Assembly: GCA_963776985.1 (NCBI GenBank)
Contig: CAVZOV010000002.1
Span: 1,058,338 to 1,122,337 of the forward strand
Source: an uncultured Solirubrobacterales bacterium
Lineage (GTDB): Bacteria > Actinomycetota > Thermoleophilia > Solirubrobacterales > Solirubrobacteraceae
Length of the DNA: 64,000 nt
Direction of reading: 5' to 3'
Shown: piece after piece, positions 44,868-53,888 of the stretch
How positions within the stretch are numbered: position 1 is the first letter of the stretch
Layout of the letters: each line of letters starts with the position of its first letter
Notes under the pieces: model-generated
What the model was told of the DNA's origin: nothing
Seen by the model: only the letters and a program-made list of their open reading frames with translations
Database searches by the model: none
Made by a program: the position numbers and the translations under genes

Positions 44868-45812
44868 ATGACAGCAGCACTGTTCTGCCCACCAGCCACC
44901 GCGCGTCGTTCGTCGTCGCATCGGGATGCCCAAGCGCGACGGCTTGCGCGATCTTCGACTTCGGCAAGCTGCGGTGAGGGAATCGTAATCGGACGTCCGC
45001 TCGCCGGTTACCTCGATGTCGAGGGTTGTGCGCGTGAGCTGCTTGCGGTTCCCGGTCATGCCGGCAGCACGCTTGTGCTCGACCGGGACGCCGCCACGCT
45101 CTGCGATCGTCGCCTAGTCGCCCATCTGGCCGCGGACGAGCCGCCCGAGAACGCCGAGATCGTCTGCCGCCATTACCTCGCGGACACGAATGGGCATTGG
45201 TGCCGACGCGTGCGACCCGAGGATCTAGAAAGCGTGCCGTTCGTCCACTCCGTCGCTCAGGCTGATGTCGAGGTTCCCGTCTTCGACGGGAAGGGCAACG
45301 CTTATCGTCTCGCGGCCCTCGCCGGTGAAGGATCTACACCCCAGCTGCGCTGGTGTATGCGTCGCGCCGACGCAGACGACGAAGACTGGGAGCAGACCGC
45401 TCTCCGCGACGTGGTGGCCGCGCTTGAGAGCTACGAACCAATGCGTAACCTCACCGAGCGCGCCGTCGCCTCCCGTCGACACGACCGCGGCGTACTCGTA
45501 ACACGCGTTTGCTACGAGCTAGAGCGTCTCTATGCGAGCCCCGTCATCCTCAACCGCGCGCTTCGCGAAGCCGTGCTCGACGCGATCGATCGCCACGGCA
45601 TGAGCATGAGCGAGATCGCGTTGCGCTGCGGGATCGTGAAGCACGACCGGCGTGGCAAGATCAGCGGCGAGACGAGCTGGCTCGCGCGACGCGTCGGGAT
45701 CATGCCCGAAGGCGGAGAGACCGAGATCACGCCGTGGGTTCACAGCGACGTGCTTGCGACGATCGCACGCAAGGGACTCGGCATCAGCCCACGCGAGGTC
45801 GAACTGCAGTGA
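44868..45812 (+). CDS. hypothetical protein (314 aa) with a possible C-terminal HTH
   Basis: AAGGAG lies 6 nt upstream of ATG 44868. The stop overlaps the next gene's start (GTGA). No family recognised; the C-terminal MSMSEIALRCGI segment is HTH-like. Confidence 0.55.
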   Translation: MTAALFCPPATARRSSSHRDAQARRLARSSTSASCGEGIVIGRPLAGYLDVEGCARELLAVPGHAGSTLVLDRDAATLCDRRLVAHLAADEPPENAEIVCRHYLADTNGHWCRRVRPEDLESVPFVHSVAQADVEVPVFDGKGNAYRLAALAGEGSTPQLRWCMRRADADDEDWEQTALRDVVAALESYEPMRNLTERAVASRRHDRGVLVTRVCYELERLYASPVILNRALREAVLDAIDRHGMSMSEIALRCGIVKHDRRGKISGETSWLARRVGIMPEGGETEITPWVHSDVLATIARKGLGISPREVELQ

Positions 45813-46561
45813 ACCGTGCCACCGTCCGAGCTGCTCGGCCCGCCGGTGCCGACCCGTGTCGGGCACGAATTCTCGTTGTCGAGTCAAACGCGCATGTCGG
45901 AGGCAAGCTCGTCGAGCGCCTTTGTGCCGACCGCTATCAAGCGATACTGGCCCGCACTCCCGGGCACGCTCGCACACTCGCGCGCGCCGAGCCGCTCCGG
46001 GCGATCGTGCTTTGCGCGCTCGACCCACCGCGCGTCGCGCTCGACATGCTTGAGGAGATTCGCAGCTCGGGCCGCGACTCGCACCATGCATCGGCTTGGG
46101 ATGAATGCCTGCCGGCGATCGTGATCAGTTCGCGCGCCGAGCAACTGGACATGCTGCGCGCGTTTGAGATGGGCGCGGACGACTTCATCGGCGGCAAGCA
46201 CTCCTATCTAGAGGTGCGCGCTCGTCTGGGGGCGGTACTGCGCCGCTCCGAGGGGCTCCCGGCCACGCGATTGTTGCGAGCTGGCCCGCTTGAGATCGAC
46301 ACGCGCGCGCACGTTGTGCTTGTCGGCGGCGTAACAGTTGAGTTGTGTCGCCTGGAGTATGAGCTGCTCGTCCATCTCGCTCGCAACCCCAGTGGCGTCT
46401 GCTCCAAGCGTGAGCTACTAAATGCGATCTGGCGCGAGCGTGCCGGCGCCGGCGCTCGGACGGTCGATAGTCACGCCAGTCGCCTGCGGCGCAAGCTCGA
46501 TACGGCAGGCGCACCCGGGCTCGTCGTAAACGTTTGGGGCGTCGGCTACCGCCTCACCTGA
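45809..46561 (+). CDS. OmpR/PhoB-type response-regulator-like protein with a degenerate receiver acidic pocket
   Basis: C-terminal winged helix LEYELLVHLARNPSGVCSKRELLNAIW...VDSHASRLRRKL...WGVGYRL. The receiver-like N-terminus has ILVVESN where DD is expected. GTG 45809 overlaps the upstream stop. Confidence 0.7.
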   Translation: MNRATVRAARPAGADPCRARILVVESNAHVGGKLVERLCADRYQAILARTPGHARTLARAEPLRAIVLCALDPPRVALDMLEEIRSSGRDSHHASAWDECLPAIVISSRAEQLDMLRAFEMGADDFIGGKHSYLEVRARLGAVLRRSEGLPATRLLRAGPLEIDTRAHVVLVGGVTVELCRLEYELLVHLARNPSGVCSKRELLNAIWRERAGAGARTVDSHASRLRRKLDTAGAPGLVVNVWGVGYRLT

Positions 46562-46740
46562 GCGATCCGCGAGCGCCATCTCGGCGGGATCGCAACCACT
46601 CACCAAGACGTGCAATAGCTCGATCTTGACGGGTCCCAGCGACCCGCCATGCCACACCTCAGCGGCGAGACCCAGCGGTCTCGCCGCTGCTCGTTAACCA
46701 CCACGACTGGCGCGAGCCGGTCTACAGAAAGGAGCGGCGC

Positions 46741-48393
46741 ATGCCGTCGTCCACTTACACCACCGAACCAGCGGTAAACCCGCTAGCGCCACTGGCCGAA
46801 CTGGCCGGCTGGCTGATCTCGACAACCCTGCACGTAGCGCTCGGCCTGCTCGTCGGCATGATCGCGGCTCGTGCGATGCGCGGACACCACCTGCGTTGGA
46901 CGTGGGCCGCGCCGGCGCTTGTGCCGGTTGTGCTCGACCCCACCATGTTCTCCGGGTTGGCCACGACGCTTGCCGCCGGCGGCGTGTGTGCCGCCATGCG
47001 TGGAAGGCGCTGGCACCGCGAAGACCTGATGGCCGGCGGCGATCTCGCCGAGATCGCATCGCGGCGGCGTGGCCCGCTCGATGCCCTGCGCACTCTCATA
47101 CAGGAGCTTAGGGCGCGCCTCGCCGCAGTGTCGCCGCCGACAGCACTGCGCGGGGGGCGCATGCCGATCGGACGCACCGAGTCGGGCGAGACGATGTCAA
47201 TCCCCTTCGGCGCGGGCGACGGCGGTAGACACACACTGATCGTCGGCGCCACCGGCTCGGGCAAGACTGTTACCGAGACATGGATTGTTGCCAGGGCGAT
47301 AGAAGCCGGCATGGCTGCTGTCGTGATCGATCCGAAGGGGGATGCTCGACTGCGCGAGCATCTAGAGGAGGCCGCTCGGGAAGTCGGTCGGCGGTTTCTT
47401 CAGTGGACTCCTTGGGGCCCGTCGGTCTACAACCCGTTCGGTCATGGCGAGGCCAGTGAGATCGCCGACAAGGCGCTTGCGGGAGAGCGTTTCACCGAGC
47501 CCCACTACCAGCGCCAGGCGCAGCGTTATCTTGGCTATGCGGTGCGTGCCTTGCGTGGCGCGGGCGTCGAGGTGAGCCTGCCGGCGCTCGTAGAGCAACT
47601 TGACCCCGAGAACCTGGCGGCGCTCTGTCTGAGTCTGCCCGAACCTCAGCAGGAGGTAACCGACGCCTATCTGAACTCGCTCACGCCGCGCCAGCGGACA
47701 GACCTGAGCGGGGTGCGCGATCGTCTGGCGATTGTGGTCGAGTCAGACGTTTCGCCATGGCTCGATCCGGCCACGGCGGGCGCGGACACGTTCGAGCTGC
47801 TCGGCGCTATCGAAGAACGCGCCGTCGTCTACTTCGATCTCAAAGCTGATGCCTGGCCGCTGTTGGCGCACATGCTGGGCGTGGCGATCGTTCAAGACCT
47901 ACAGACGACGATGGCGGCACTGCAGCACGCTCCGATTGCCACTGTCGTGGCAATCGACGAGTTCGCCGCGATCGCCGCCGGCCGGGTGGGGCATCTGTTC
48001 GGCCGAGCTCGCTCGGCCGGCATCAACCTACTGTTGGGCACGCAGGAGCTGTCGGACCTGCGTCCCGACGGACACCGGCAGCTGCAGGAGCAGGTGTTGG
48101 GCAACCTGGCCTCGCTGATCGTCCACCGTCAGGTTGTACCTGAGTCGAGCGAGCTTATCTCTCGACTCGCTGGCAACCGCGGGGTGTGGCGAACTTCGCA
48201 AAGCGACAAGGGTCGCTGGACGCGCACACGCACAAGCGCTCCGTTGCTTGCAGCCCAGGATGTCCGTGCCCTACCCACCGGCTGGGCCGCGGCGATCGAT
48301 CTGGGCGGGAGCGCGACGGTGCGCGTCGGCCAGGTCTTCTCCGCTGTAGCCAAGACGACGACAAGCAAGCCCACGATAAGGAGGTCAGCATGA
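46741..48393 (+). CDS. type IV coupling-protein-like (TraD/VirD4-type) membrane-anchored P-loop ATPase
   Basis: Two N-terminal TM helices, Walker A VGATGSGKT (about 47246-47269), Walker B VVAIDEFAAI, LLLGTQELSDL. SD AAAGGAG lies before ATG 46741. Confidence 0.7.
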   Translation: MPSSTYTTEPAVNPLAPLAELAGWLISTTLHVALGLLVGMIAARAMRGHHLRWTWAAPALVPVVLDPTMFSGLATTLAAGGVCAAMRGRRWHREDLMAGGDLAEIASRRRGPLDALRTLIQELRARLAAVSPPTALRGGRMPIGRTESGETMSIPFGAGDGGRHTLIVGATGSGKTVTETWIVARAIEAGMAAVVIDPKGDARLREHLEEAAREVGRRFLQWTPWGPSVYNPFGHGEASEIADKALAGERFTEPHYQRQAQRYLGYAVRALRGAGVEVSLPALVEQLDPENLAALCLSLPEPQQEVTDAYLNSLTPRQRTDLSGVRDRLAIVVESDVSPWLDPATAGADTFELLGAIEERAVVYFDLKADAWPLLAHMLGVAIVQDLQTTMAALQHAPIATVVAIDEFAAIAAGRVGHLFGRARSAGINLLLGTQELSDLRPDGHRQLQEQVLGNLASLIVHRQVVPESSELISRLAGNRGVWRTSQSDKGRWTRTRTSAPLLAAQDVRALPTGWAAAIDLGGSATVRVGQVFSAVAKTTTSKPTIRRSA

Positions 48394-49106
48394 GCAAGTC
48401 CACACACCCACCCACCCCCGAGCAAATCGAGTTGGTCCGCTGGGCAGCCTCGCTCGGGGCCGTCACAGCCGAGGCATTGGCTCACCGACGCGGCGTGAGC
48501 GTAGCTTCGGCTCGCGCTCGCCTGGGCGCCGCTCGACGCGCCGGTCTGCTCTCACGCGAGCGTCCGCTGACCGAGCATCCGGCGCTGTTCGGCGCCACGC
48601 GTGCGGGTCTGCGAGCGTGCGGGGCGCGTGGCATCGATACATGTCGCATCACGTCGAGCAACGCGCATCATCTGACCGTGTGCGCGGCGGTCGCCGCGGC
48701 GCTCGAGCGTTGCTACCCCGATCATCACGTCAGCGGCGAGCACGAGCTGCGTCGAGACGAGCGCGACCACGACGGTCCGCTCGCCAGCGCTCAGCTCGGC
48801 TGGTTGCACGCGCGGGGTACCGACAGGCACCGGCCCGATCTCGTGCTGTGGCCGAGTGTCGCCGCGCGGGAACGCCCGGTGGCCGTCGAGGTCGAGTTGA
48901 CGATCAAGGCGCCTCGGCGCCTCCGTGACATCTGTCGCGCCTGGGCTCGCAGCCAGACGGTTGCGGGCGTGCTGTATTTCGCGCCGCCGGATGTCGAGCG
49001 GGCGCTCTCGCGGGCGATCGAGCGTGCGCGCGCGTCGGAGCGCGTCGTCGTGCTGCCGCTGGATTGTCTTCTCGCTGTGGATGGCGGCACGGCGGGCATC
49101 GGCTGA
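48390..49106 (+). CDS. Replic_Relax-like protein (wHTH plus PD-(D/E)xK-like core)
   Basis: ATGA overlap with the ATPase gene and AAGGAGG SD. wHTH-like LVRWAASLGAVTAEALAHRRGVSVASARARLGAARRAGLL. HH...RPDLVLW...VAVEVELTIK core, similar in layout to the C-terminus of 37025-40762. Confidence 0.55.
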   Translation: MSKSTHPPTPEQIELVRWAASLGAVTAEALAHRRGVSVASARARLGAARRAGLLSRERPLTEHPALFGATRAGLRACGARGIDTCRITSSNAHHLTVCAAVAAALERCYPDHHVSGEHELRRDERDHDGPLASAQLGWLHARGTDRHRPDLVLWPSVAARERPVAVEVELTIKAPRRLRDICRAWARSQTVAGVLYFAPPDVERALSRAIERARASERVVVLPLDCLLAVDGGTAGIG

Positions 49107-49234
49107 ATTCGTGCACAACGAATTTAGCCCGTCAATCCGGGCTAAACGGGGTGTTTGGGCGTCTCTCGCCGAGAACCGTCCCAAGCGCCGCGTAGCTTCA
49201 ACGAGGGGGCGAGCCAACAGCAAAGGAGAAACCC

Positions 49235-49690
49235 ATGTCTTACTCAAGCATCAACCGAGTAGTGCTCGTCGGCCGTCTCACAAGCGATCCCGAGTTGCGC
49301 GCGCTGCCGTCGGGCACGAGCGTGTGCGCGCTGCGTATCGCCTGCAACACGACGCGCAAGACCAGCGAAGGCGAGTACACGGAGAAGCCCAACTTCTTCA
49401 ATGTCAGCGTTTTTGGTCCCGCCGGCGAGTCTGTCCACCGCTATATGAGCCGCGGTCGCCGGGTTGCCATCGACGGGCGCCTGGACTGGCGCGAGTGGGA
49501 AACGGCGGAGGGCTCAAAGCGACAAGCCGTCGAGGTCGTCGCCGAAAGCGTCCAGTTCCTTGATGGTCGCGGCGATCAGAACTCGCCCAACGGCTCCTCC
49601 GGTGAGGAGGACTCGGCCGATGGCGCCCTGGCGGAGGAGCGCGAGCTCGTCGGAGTGGGGTCGGGCATCGAGGACGACCTCGTCTTCTAG
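49235..49690 (+). CDS. ssb: single-stranded DNA-binding protein
   Basis: OB-fold N-terminus INRVVLVGRLTSDPELR...VAIDGRLDWREWE, Gly/Ser-rich linker, acidic tail EDDLVF. Confidence 0.9.
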   Translation: MSYSSINRVVLVGRLTSDPELRALPSGTSVCALRIACNTTRKTSEGEYTEKPNFFNVSVFGPAGESVHRYMSRGRRVAIDGRLDWREWETAEGSKRQAVEVVAESVQFLDGRGDQNSPNGSSGEEDSADGALAEERELVGVGSGIEDDLVF

Positions 49691-49857
49691 CGCCCGGCTA
49701 CAGCGGATATTGGCGGGTGGGATGTCCATAGCGGCATCCCACTCCGCCTCGATCGGCGCCCCAGACGCCTTTTTCTATTTAAAGGCGCGTAAACTGCCGG
49801 CCGCGGCGCCATCAGTAGGCGCTCGCCCACCTTCGAGCCGACAAGGAGCCCTTCCCG

Positions 49858-50298
49858 GTGCCAGTTAACACCAAAGCGATCGGAAAGACCTATGCACCTA
49901 CCACGTATGCGGTGGGTCGAGAGAAGATCAAGGAGTATGCGCGGGCGGTTGGCGAGACCAACCCGCTCTACCTCGACGAGCAGGCCGCGCGCGAGGAGGG
50001 CTATGCCGACGTCGTCGCACCGCCGATGTTCGCTGTCGTTTACAGCTCCCCGTCCGTTGCTCCCTCGCTATTCGATCCCGAGGTCGAAATGAACTTCGCG
50101 ATGATGGTGCACGGTGGGCAGGAGTTCGAGTGGGGGTCGCTTGTCGTGGCCGGCGACGAGATCACGACGACGGCGTCGGTGAAGGACATCTCCGAACGCG
50201 ACGGTCGTGGCTACTACGTGTTCGAGTCCGTGTCTGTCAACCAGCGCGGCGAGCAGGTGTGCCGCGGAACCTGGACCAACATCGTCCGAGGAGTTTGA
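49858..50298 (+). CDS. MaoC-like dehydratase, N-terminal (HadA-like) hot-dog protein
   Basis: 146 aa with a hot-dog-fold pattern. Paired with the following MaoC gene, as in hadAB-type pairs. Confidence 0.7.
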   Translation: MPVNTKAIGKTYAPTTYAVGREKIKEYARAVGETNPLYLDEQAAREEGYADVVAPPMFAVVYSSPSVAPSLFDPEVEMNFAMMVHGGQEFEWGSLVVAGDEITTTASVKDISERDGRGYYVFESVSVNQRGEQVCRGTWTNIVRGV

Positions 50299-50301
50299 GC
50301 C

Positions 50302-50697
50302 ATGGCTGATTTTTCCTTCTCCGAGGGAGCGCAGATCCCCGAGGTGCGCGTAACCCCCGACAAGTACCTCACCGCTCGCTATGCAGGCGCGTCGGGCGAC
50401 TTCAACCCGATCCACATCGATGAGGAGTTCGCCAAAGCCGTCGGCTTGCCCGGACGCATCCTGCACGGGTTGTGGTCGATGGCGCAGGTTGCCCGTGCCC
50501 AGACCGAGGCGGCCGGCGGTCCCGCGGCGCTCAAGCGTCTGTCGGTGCAGTTCCGTGGCATGGGCGTGCCCGAGCAAGAGGTCGTTGTGAGCGGCACCGT
50601 GCGCGAGGTCAGCGATGGGCGAGTGCTGATCGACACGGTGGGCGAGCAGGCCGGCAACCAGATCATCCGCAACGCCGAGGCTGAACTGCAGGTCTGA
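50302..50697 (+). CDS. MaoC-family (R)-specific enoyl-CoA hydratase/dehydratase (HadB-like)
   Basis: YAGASGDFNPIHIDEEFA hydratase-2 motif. Confidence 0.8.
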   Translation: MADFSFSEGAQIPEVRVTPDKYLTARYAGASGDFNPIHIDEEFAKAVGLPGRILHGLWSMAQVARAQTEAAGGPAALKRLSVQFRGMGVPEQEVVVSGTVREVSDGRVLIDTVGEQAGNQIIRNAEAELQV

Positions 50698-50743
50698 GGT
50701 CGCCGTCACGTTCCGCGCCAGCGTGGCGCCTACAATCGAATCC

Positions 50744-51769
50744 ATGCTCACACCACGTCAGGAGCTGATCCTGTGCAAGGTGGTGGAGGATTACCTGCAC
50801 AGCGGCCAACCGGTGGCATCGAAGACGATCGCCGCCGACTCGAGCCTCGACTGCGGGCCCTCCACCGTCCGCTACGAGCTTGCCCTGCTCGAGGAGCACG
50901 ACTTGCTCGCCCATCCCCATACCTCGGCCGGGCGTGTGCCCACCGACGCCGGGCATCGCTACGTGGTGGACATGATGCTTGGCGCCGGCAAGAGCATCTC
51001 GCCGGTTCGCCCGCTTGCGCTGTCGCTGACGCGCCGGGAGATCGAGGAGGCGATGCGCGTGACGAGCGAGGCGATCTCCCGCGTCACGAGTCTGCTCGCG
51101 GTCGTCTCGGCCCCATCGCTGAATACGGCCACGATCCGCCATGTGGAGGTGCTGGCGTTGCAGCCCGAGGTCGTGATGGTCGTCGTCATCACCTCGACCG
51201 GCGGTGTGTCCAAGCTTCTCACGACATTCGACCGGTCTGTCGATCCGGGACTCATCGCGTGGGCAGGCGAATATCTCAACGAGCGGCTCGTCGGATACGG
51301 GCTCGGCGCTCGGATGCTCTCCAAGCGTCTTGAGGACCCGAGCCTCGGCGCCAGCGAGCAGTCGTTTGTCGGTCGCTTGGCGTCCGCGTTTGGTGGCCTG
51401 GCGGCTGAGACGGAGGACACTCTCTATGTCGACGGCACGGCCCACCTGCTGTCGGATCGCCGCTTGCAAGACCCGATTCAGGTCAACGAGCTGATGAGCT
51501 TGCTGGAGCGTCGGGTGGCGCTGCTGGGCGTGCTGCGCTCGGCGCTCGGCGAGCCCGACGTGTATGTGCGGATTGGTCGCGAGAACGAGATTCCCGCGAT
51601 GCGCTCGCTGGCGTTCGTCGCGGCCGGGTATGGTCTCGCGCGTCGTAAGCTCGGCACCGTGTCGGTGATCGGGCCCGTGCATATGGACTACGCGGGTGCA
51701 ATCGCCACGGTCAGACAGGCAGCACACGAGCTGTCGCGCTTTGTCGAAGACGCATACGCTGAGCGCTAG
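50744..51769 (+). CDS. hrcA: heat-inducible transcription repressor HrcA
   Basis: MLTPRQELILCKVVEDY... N-terminal wHTH. Synteny hrcA-dnaJ. ATG 50744 preferred over the track start. Confidence 0.9.
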   Translation: MLTPRQELILCKVVEDYLHSGQPVASKTIAADSSLDCGPSTVRYELALLEEHDLLAHPHTSAGRVPTDAGHRYVVDMMLGAGKSISPVRPLALSLTRREIEEAMRVTSEAISRVTSLLAVVSAPSLNTATIRHVEVLALQPEVVMVVVITSTGGVSKLLTTFDRSVDPGLIAWAGEYLNERLVGYGLGARMLSKRLEDPSLGASEQSFVGRLASAFGGLAAETEDTLYVDGTAHLLSDRRLQDPIQVNELMSLLERRVALLGVLRSALGEPDVYVRIGRENEIPAMRSLAFVAAGYGLARRKLGTVSVIGPVHMDYAGAIATVRQAAHELSRFVEDAYAER

Positions 51770-51774
51770 CCCGG

Positions 51775-52908
51775 ATGAGCGCGACAACTCCCCGCGATCC
51801 CTACGAGGTGCTCGGCCTGCCGCGCGACGCCGCCGAGCAGGACATCAAGAAGGCTTTTCGTCGACTCGCCCGCGAGCTTCATCCCGACGTCAACGCCCAC
51901 GACCCCAACGCGGAGGACAAGTTCAAGGAGGCCGCGGAGGCGTACGAGATCCTCTCCGATCCCGAGCGACGCGCGACGTACGACCGCTACGGTCACGAGG
52001 GACTGCGCTCTGGCGGGTTTGCTCCGAACTTCGACTCGTTCGGTTCGATTGGCGACCTGTTCAACGCGTTCTTCGGCTCGGGCAGTCCGTTTGGTGGCGG
52101 CTCCGGGCAGGCGCTTGGCGGCGACATCGCGGTGGCGGTCGAGATGTCGCTGCTGGAGGCTTCGCAGGGAAGCACGACCGAGATTCGCTACGAGGCGGTC
52201 GATCGCTGCGAGCACTGCAACGGCAACGGCGCCGAGCCGGGCACCCCGATCGAACGCTGCTCGCACTGCAACGGCGCCGGCCAGCTGCAAGGCGTGGTGC
52301 GCACTCCCTTCGGGCAGATGGCTCGAACGAGCATCTGCGAGGTGTGTCATGGCGATGGGCGGGTCCCCAGCTCTCCGTGCCACGAGTGCCGGGGACGGGG
52401 ACGCAAGGCAGTCAAGCGCGAGGAGCAGGTGAGCGTCCCTGCCGGTATCGCCGACGGTCAGCGCATTCGCGTCAGCGGGCGTGGTCACGCGGGCGAACAT
52501 GGTGCTCCACCGGGGGATCTGTATGTGCTCGTGCGGGTGCGTCCCGACGAGCGCTTCGTGCGCGAAGGCGACGATTTGATTACCGCGCTGGACGTCGCCG
52601 CGCCACTCGCCTCGCTTGGTGCGACGCTCCAGGCACCCACCTTGGAGGGCAGCGCCTCGGTGCAGGTTCCGGCGGGCACGCAACCCGGCACCGTGCTGAG
52701 CGTGCGCGGAGAGGGCATGCCAGCGTTGCGCGGCGGGCGCCGCGGCAACCTTCGTGTGGTCGTAAACATCGTGATCCCCCGGCACCTCGACGACGCGCAA
52801 CGCGACCTACTCGCCCAGCTCAACGAGAGTCTCACCGACCACAATCTGGCTGGCGAGGAGTCGGTCCTCGCGAAGCTGCGCAGGGTGTTGCGCCACCAAG
52901 CCGCGTGA
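51775..52908 (+). CDS. dnaJ: molecular chaperone DnaJ
   Basis: J domain with HPD (ELHPDVN), G/F region, and four CxxCxGxG repeats (CEHCNGNG, CSHCNGAG, CEVCHGDG, CHECRGRG). Confidence 0.95.
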   Translation: MSATTPRDPYEVLGLPRDAAEQDIKKAFRRLARELHPDVNAHDPNAEDKFKEAAEAYEILSDPERRATYDRYGHEGLRSGGFAPNFDSFGSIGDLFNAFFGSGSPFGGGSGQALGGDIAVAVEMSLLEASQGSTTEIRYEAVDRCEHCNGNGAEPGTPIERCSHCNGAGQLQGVVRTPFGQMARTSICEVCHGDGRVPSSPCHECRGRGRKAVKREEQVSVPAGIADGQRIRVSGRGHAGEHGAPPGDLYVLVRVRPDERFVREGDDLITALDVAAPLASLGATLQAPTLEGSASVQVPAGTQPGTVLSVRGEGMPALRGGRRGNLRVVVNIVIPRHLDDAQRDLLAQLNESLTDHNLAGEESVLAKLRRVLRHQAA

Positions 52909-53888
52909 TTCGTCTCGCGCTGCGCGTGCGCCAAGCCGACGCGGAGATCGTGCTGGCCGAGCTGTTGGAGCTTGCGCCTGGCGGGGTGGAGGAGATCGAG
53001 CTACCGGGCGCCGAAGGCGCGCAGGCCATGGTTGAATACGCGGTATATGGCGCTCCCGGCGAGCTGCCAGACTTGCCGGACGTGAAGGCTGCTGCCGGTG
53101 GTGTGCCGATCGAGGTGTCAACCCGCGAGGTACCCGACGATTGGTCTGAGCGCTGGAAGCAGTTTCACCGGCCGGTGTTGATCGAGCCGCCGCGCGATGG
53201 CGCTCATGCGACGGACGTCCCGTCGCTACACGTGCGTCCGCCGTGGGAGGCTCCGAGCATGCATCCGGGTGCGCTTGAGATCGCGATCGACCCGGCACAG
53301 GCGTTTGGCACCGGCGCGCACGCGACCACCCACCTGTGCCTAGAGCTGCTCTTGGAGCTTGCCGCGCACGATGAAGCCCGCGGACACTTGCTCGATGTCG
53401 GTTGTGGCTCAGGCGTGCTCGCGATTGCCGCGGCCAAGCTCGGCTATCGTCCGGTGCTCGCGCTCGACAACGACCGCGAGAGCGTGCGCGCGACGCTCGC
53501 CAACGCGGCCGCGAACGGCGTGGAATTGGGGGCCCGTCGCTTCGACCTGCGCGCCGAGGCGCTGCCGTGGGCTGCCGGAGGTGCGGATTTGGGGGTCGCT
53601 CCCTCGGTACTCGGCACCTGCACCACCAGCGAGCGCACCTCAAGCTCGGCTGGGCGAACGGTGGTGCTCGCCAACCTTCTGCGACCCCTGCTGCTTGAGC
53701 TGGCCGAGACGATGCCCGCCTCCCAGCTGCCGCGGCGGCTCGATTTGATCGCGAGCGGCCTGTTGCGCGAGCAGGCCGACGAGGTGGCCGGCGCTTTCGC
53801 TACGCGCCTGGGCCTCAGCGAGCGAGCGCGTCGGGAGCGCGGGGAGTGGTCGGCCCTGTGGCTGACACAGCCTGCGGCTGCTCGGTAG
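52905..53888 (+). CDS. prmA: ribosomal protein L11 methyltransferase
   Basis: GTGA overlap with the dnaJ stop. FGTGAHATT and the SAM motif DVGCGSGVLAIAAAKLG. Synteny dnaJ-prmA. Confidence 0.85.
   Translation: MIRLALRVRQADAEIVLAELLELAPGGVEEIELPGAEGAQAMVEYAVYGAPGELPDLPDVKAAAGGVPIEVSTREVPDDWSERWKQFHRPVLIEPPRDGAHATDVPSLHVRPPWEAPSMHPGALEIAIDPAQAFGTGAHATTHLCLELLLELAAHDEARGHLLDVGCGSGVLAIAAAKLGYRPVLALDNDRESVRATLANAAANGVELGARRFDLRAEALPWAAGGADLGVAPSVLGTCTTSERTSSSAGRTVVLANLLRPLLLELAETMPASQLPRRLDLIASGLLREQADEVAGAFATRLGLSERARRERGEWSALWLTQPAAAR

Noticed and set aside
35593-49857. Flanking direct or inverted repeats delimiting the 36-49.7 kb module
   Set aside because: By-eye comparison of 35593-35992 with 49691-49857 showed no shared segment. 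The boundaries remain undefined and need a computed dot-plot or comparative genomics.
50698-50743. CIRCE operator (TTAGCACTC-N9-GAGTGCTAA) upstream of hrcA
   Set aside because: Not present in the short upstream region, so no regulatory feature is called.
50663-52800. Long minus-strand ORFs 50663-51787 and 51766-52800, and the plus-strand ORF 51696-53888 upstream of 52905
   Set aside because: They are GC-rich shadow ORFs opposite to or out of frame with hrcA and dnaJ, which have unmistakable motifs. Only the last 327 codons of 51696-53888 (prmA) are real.
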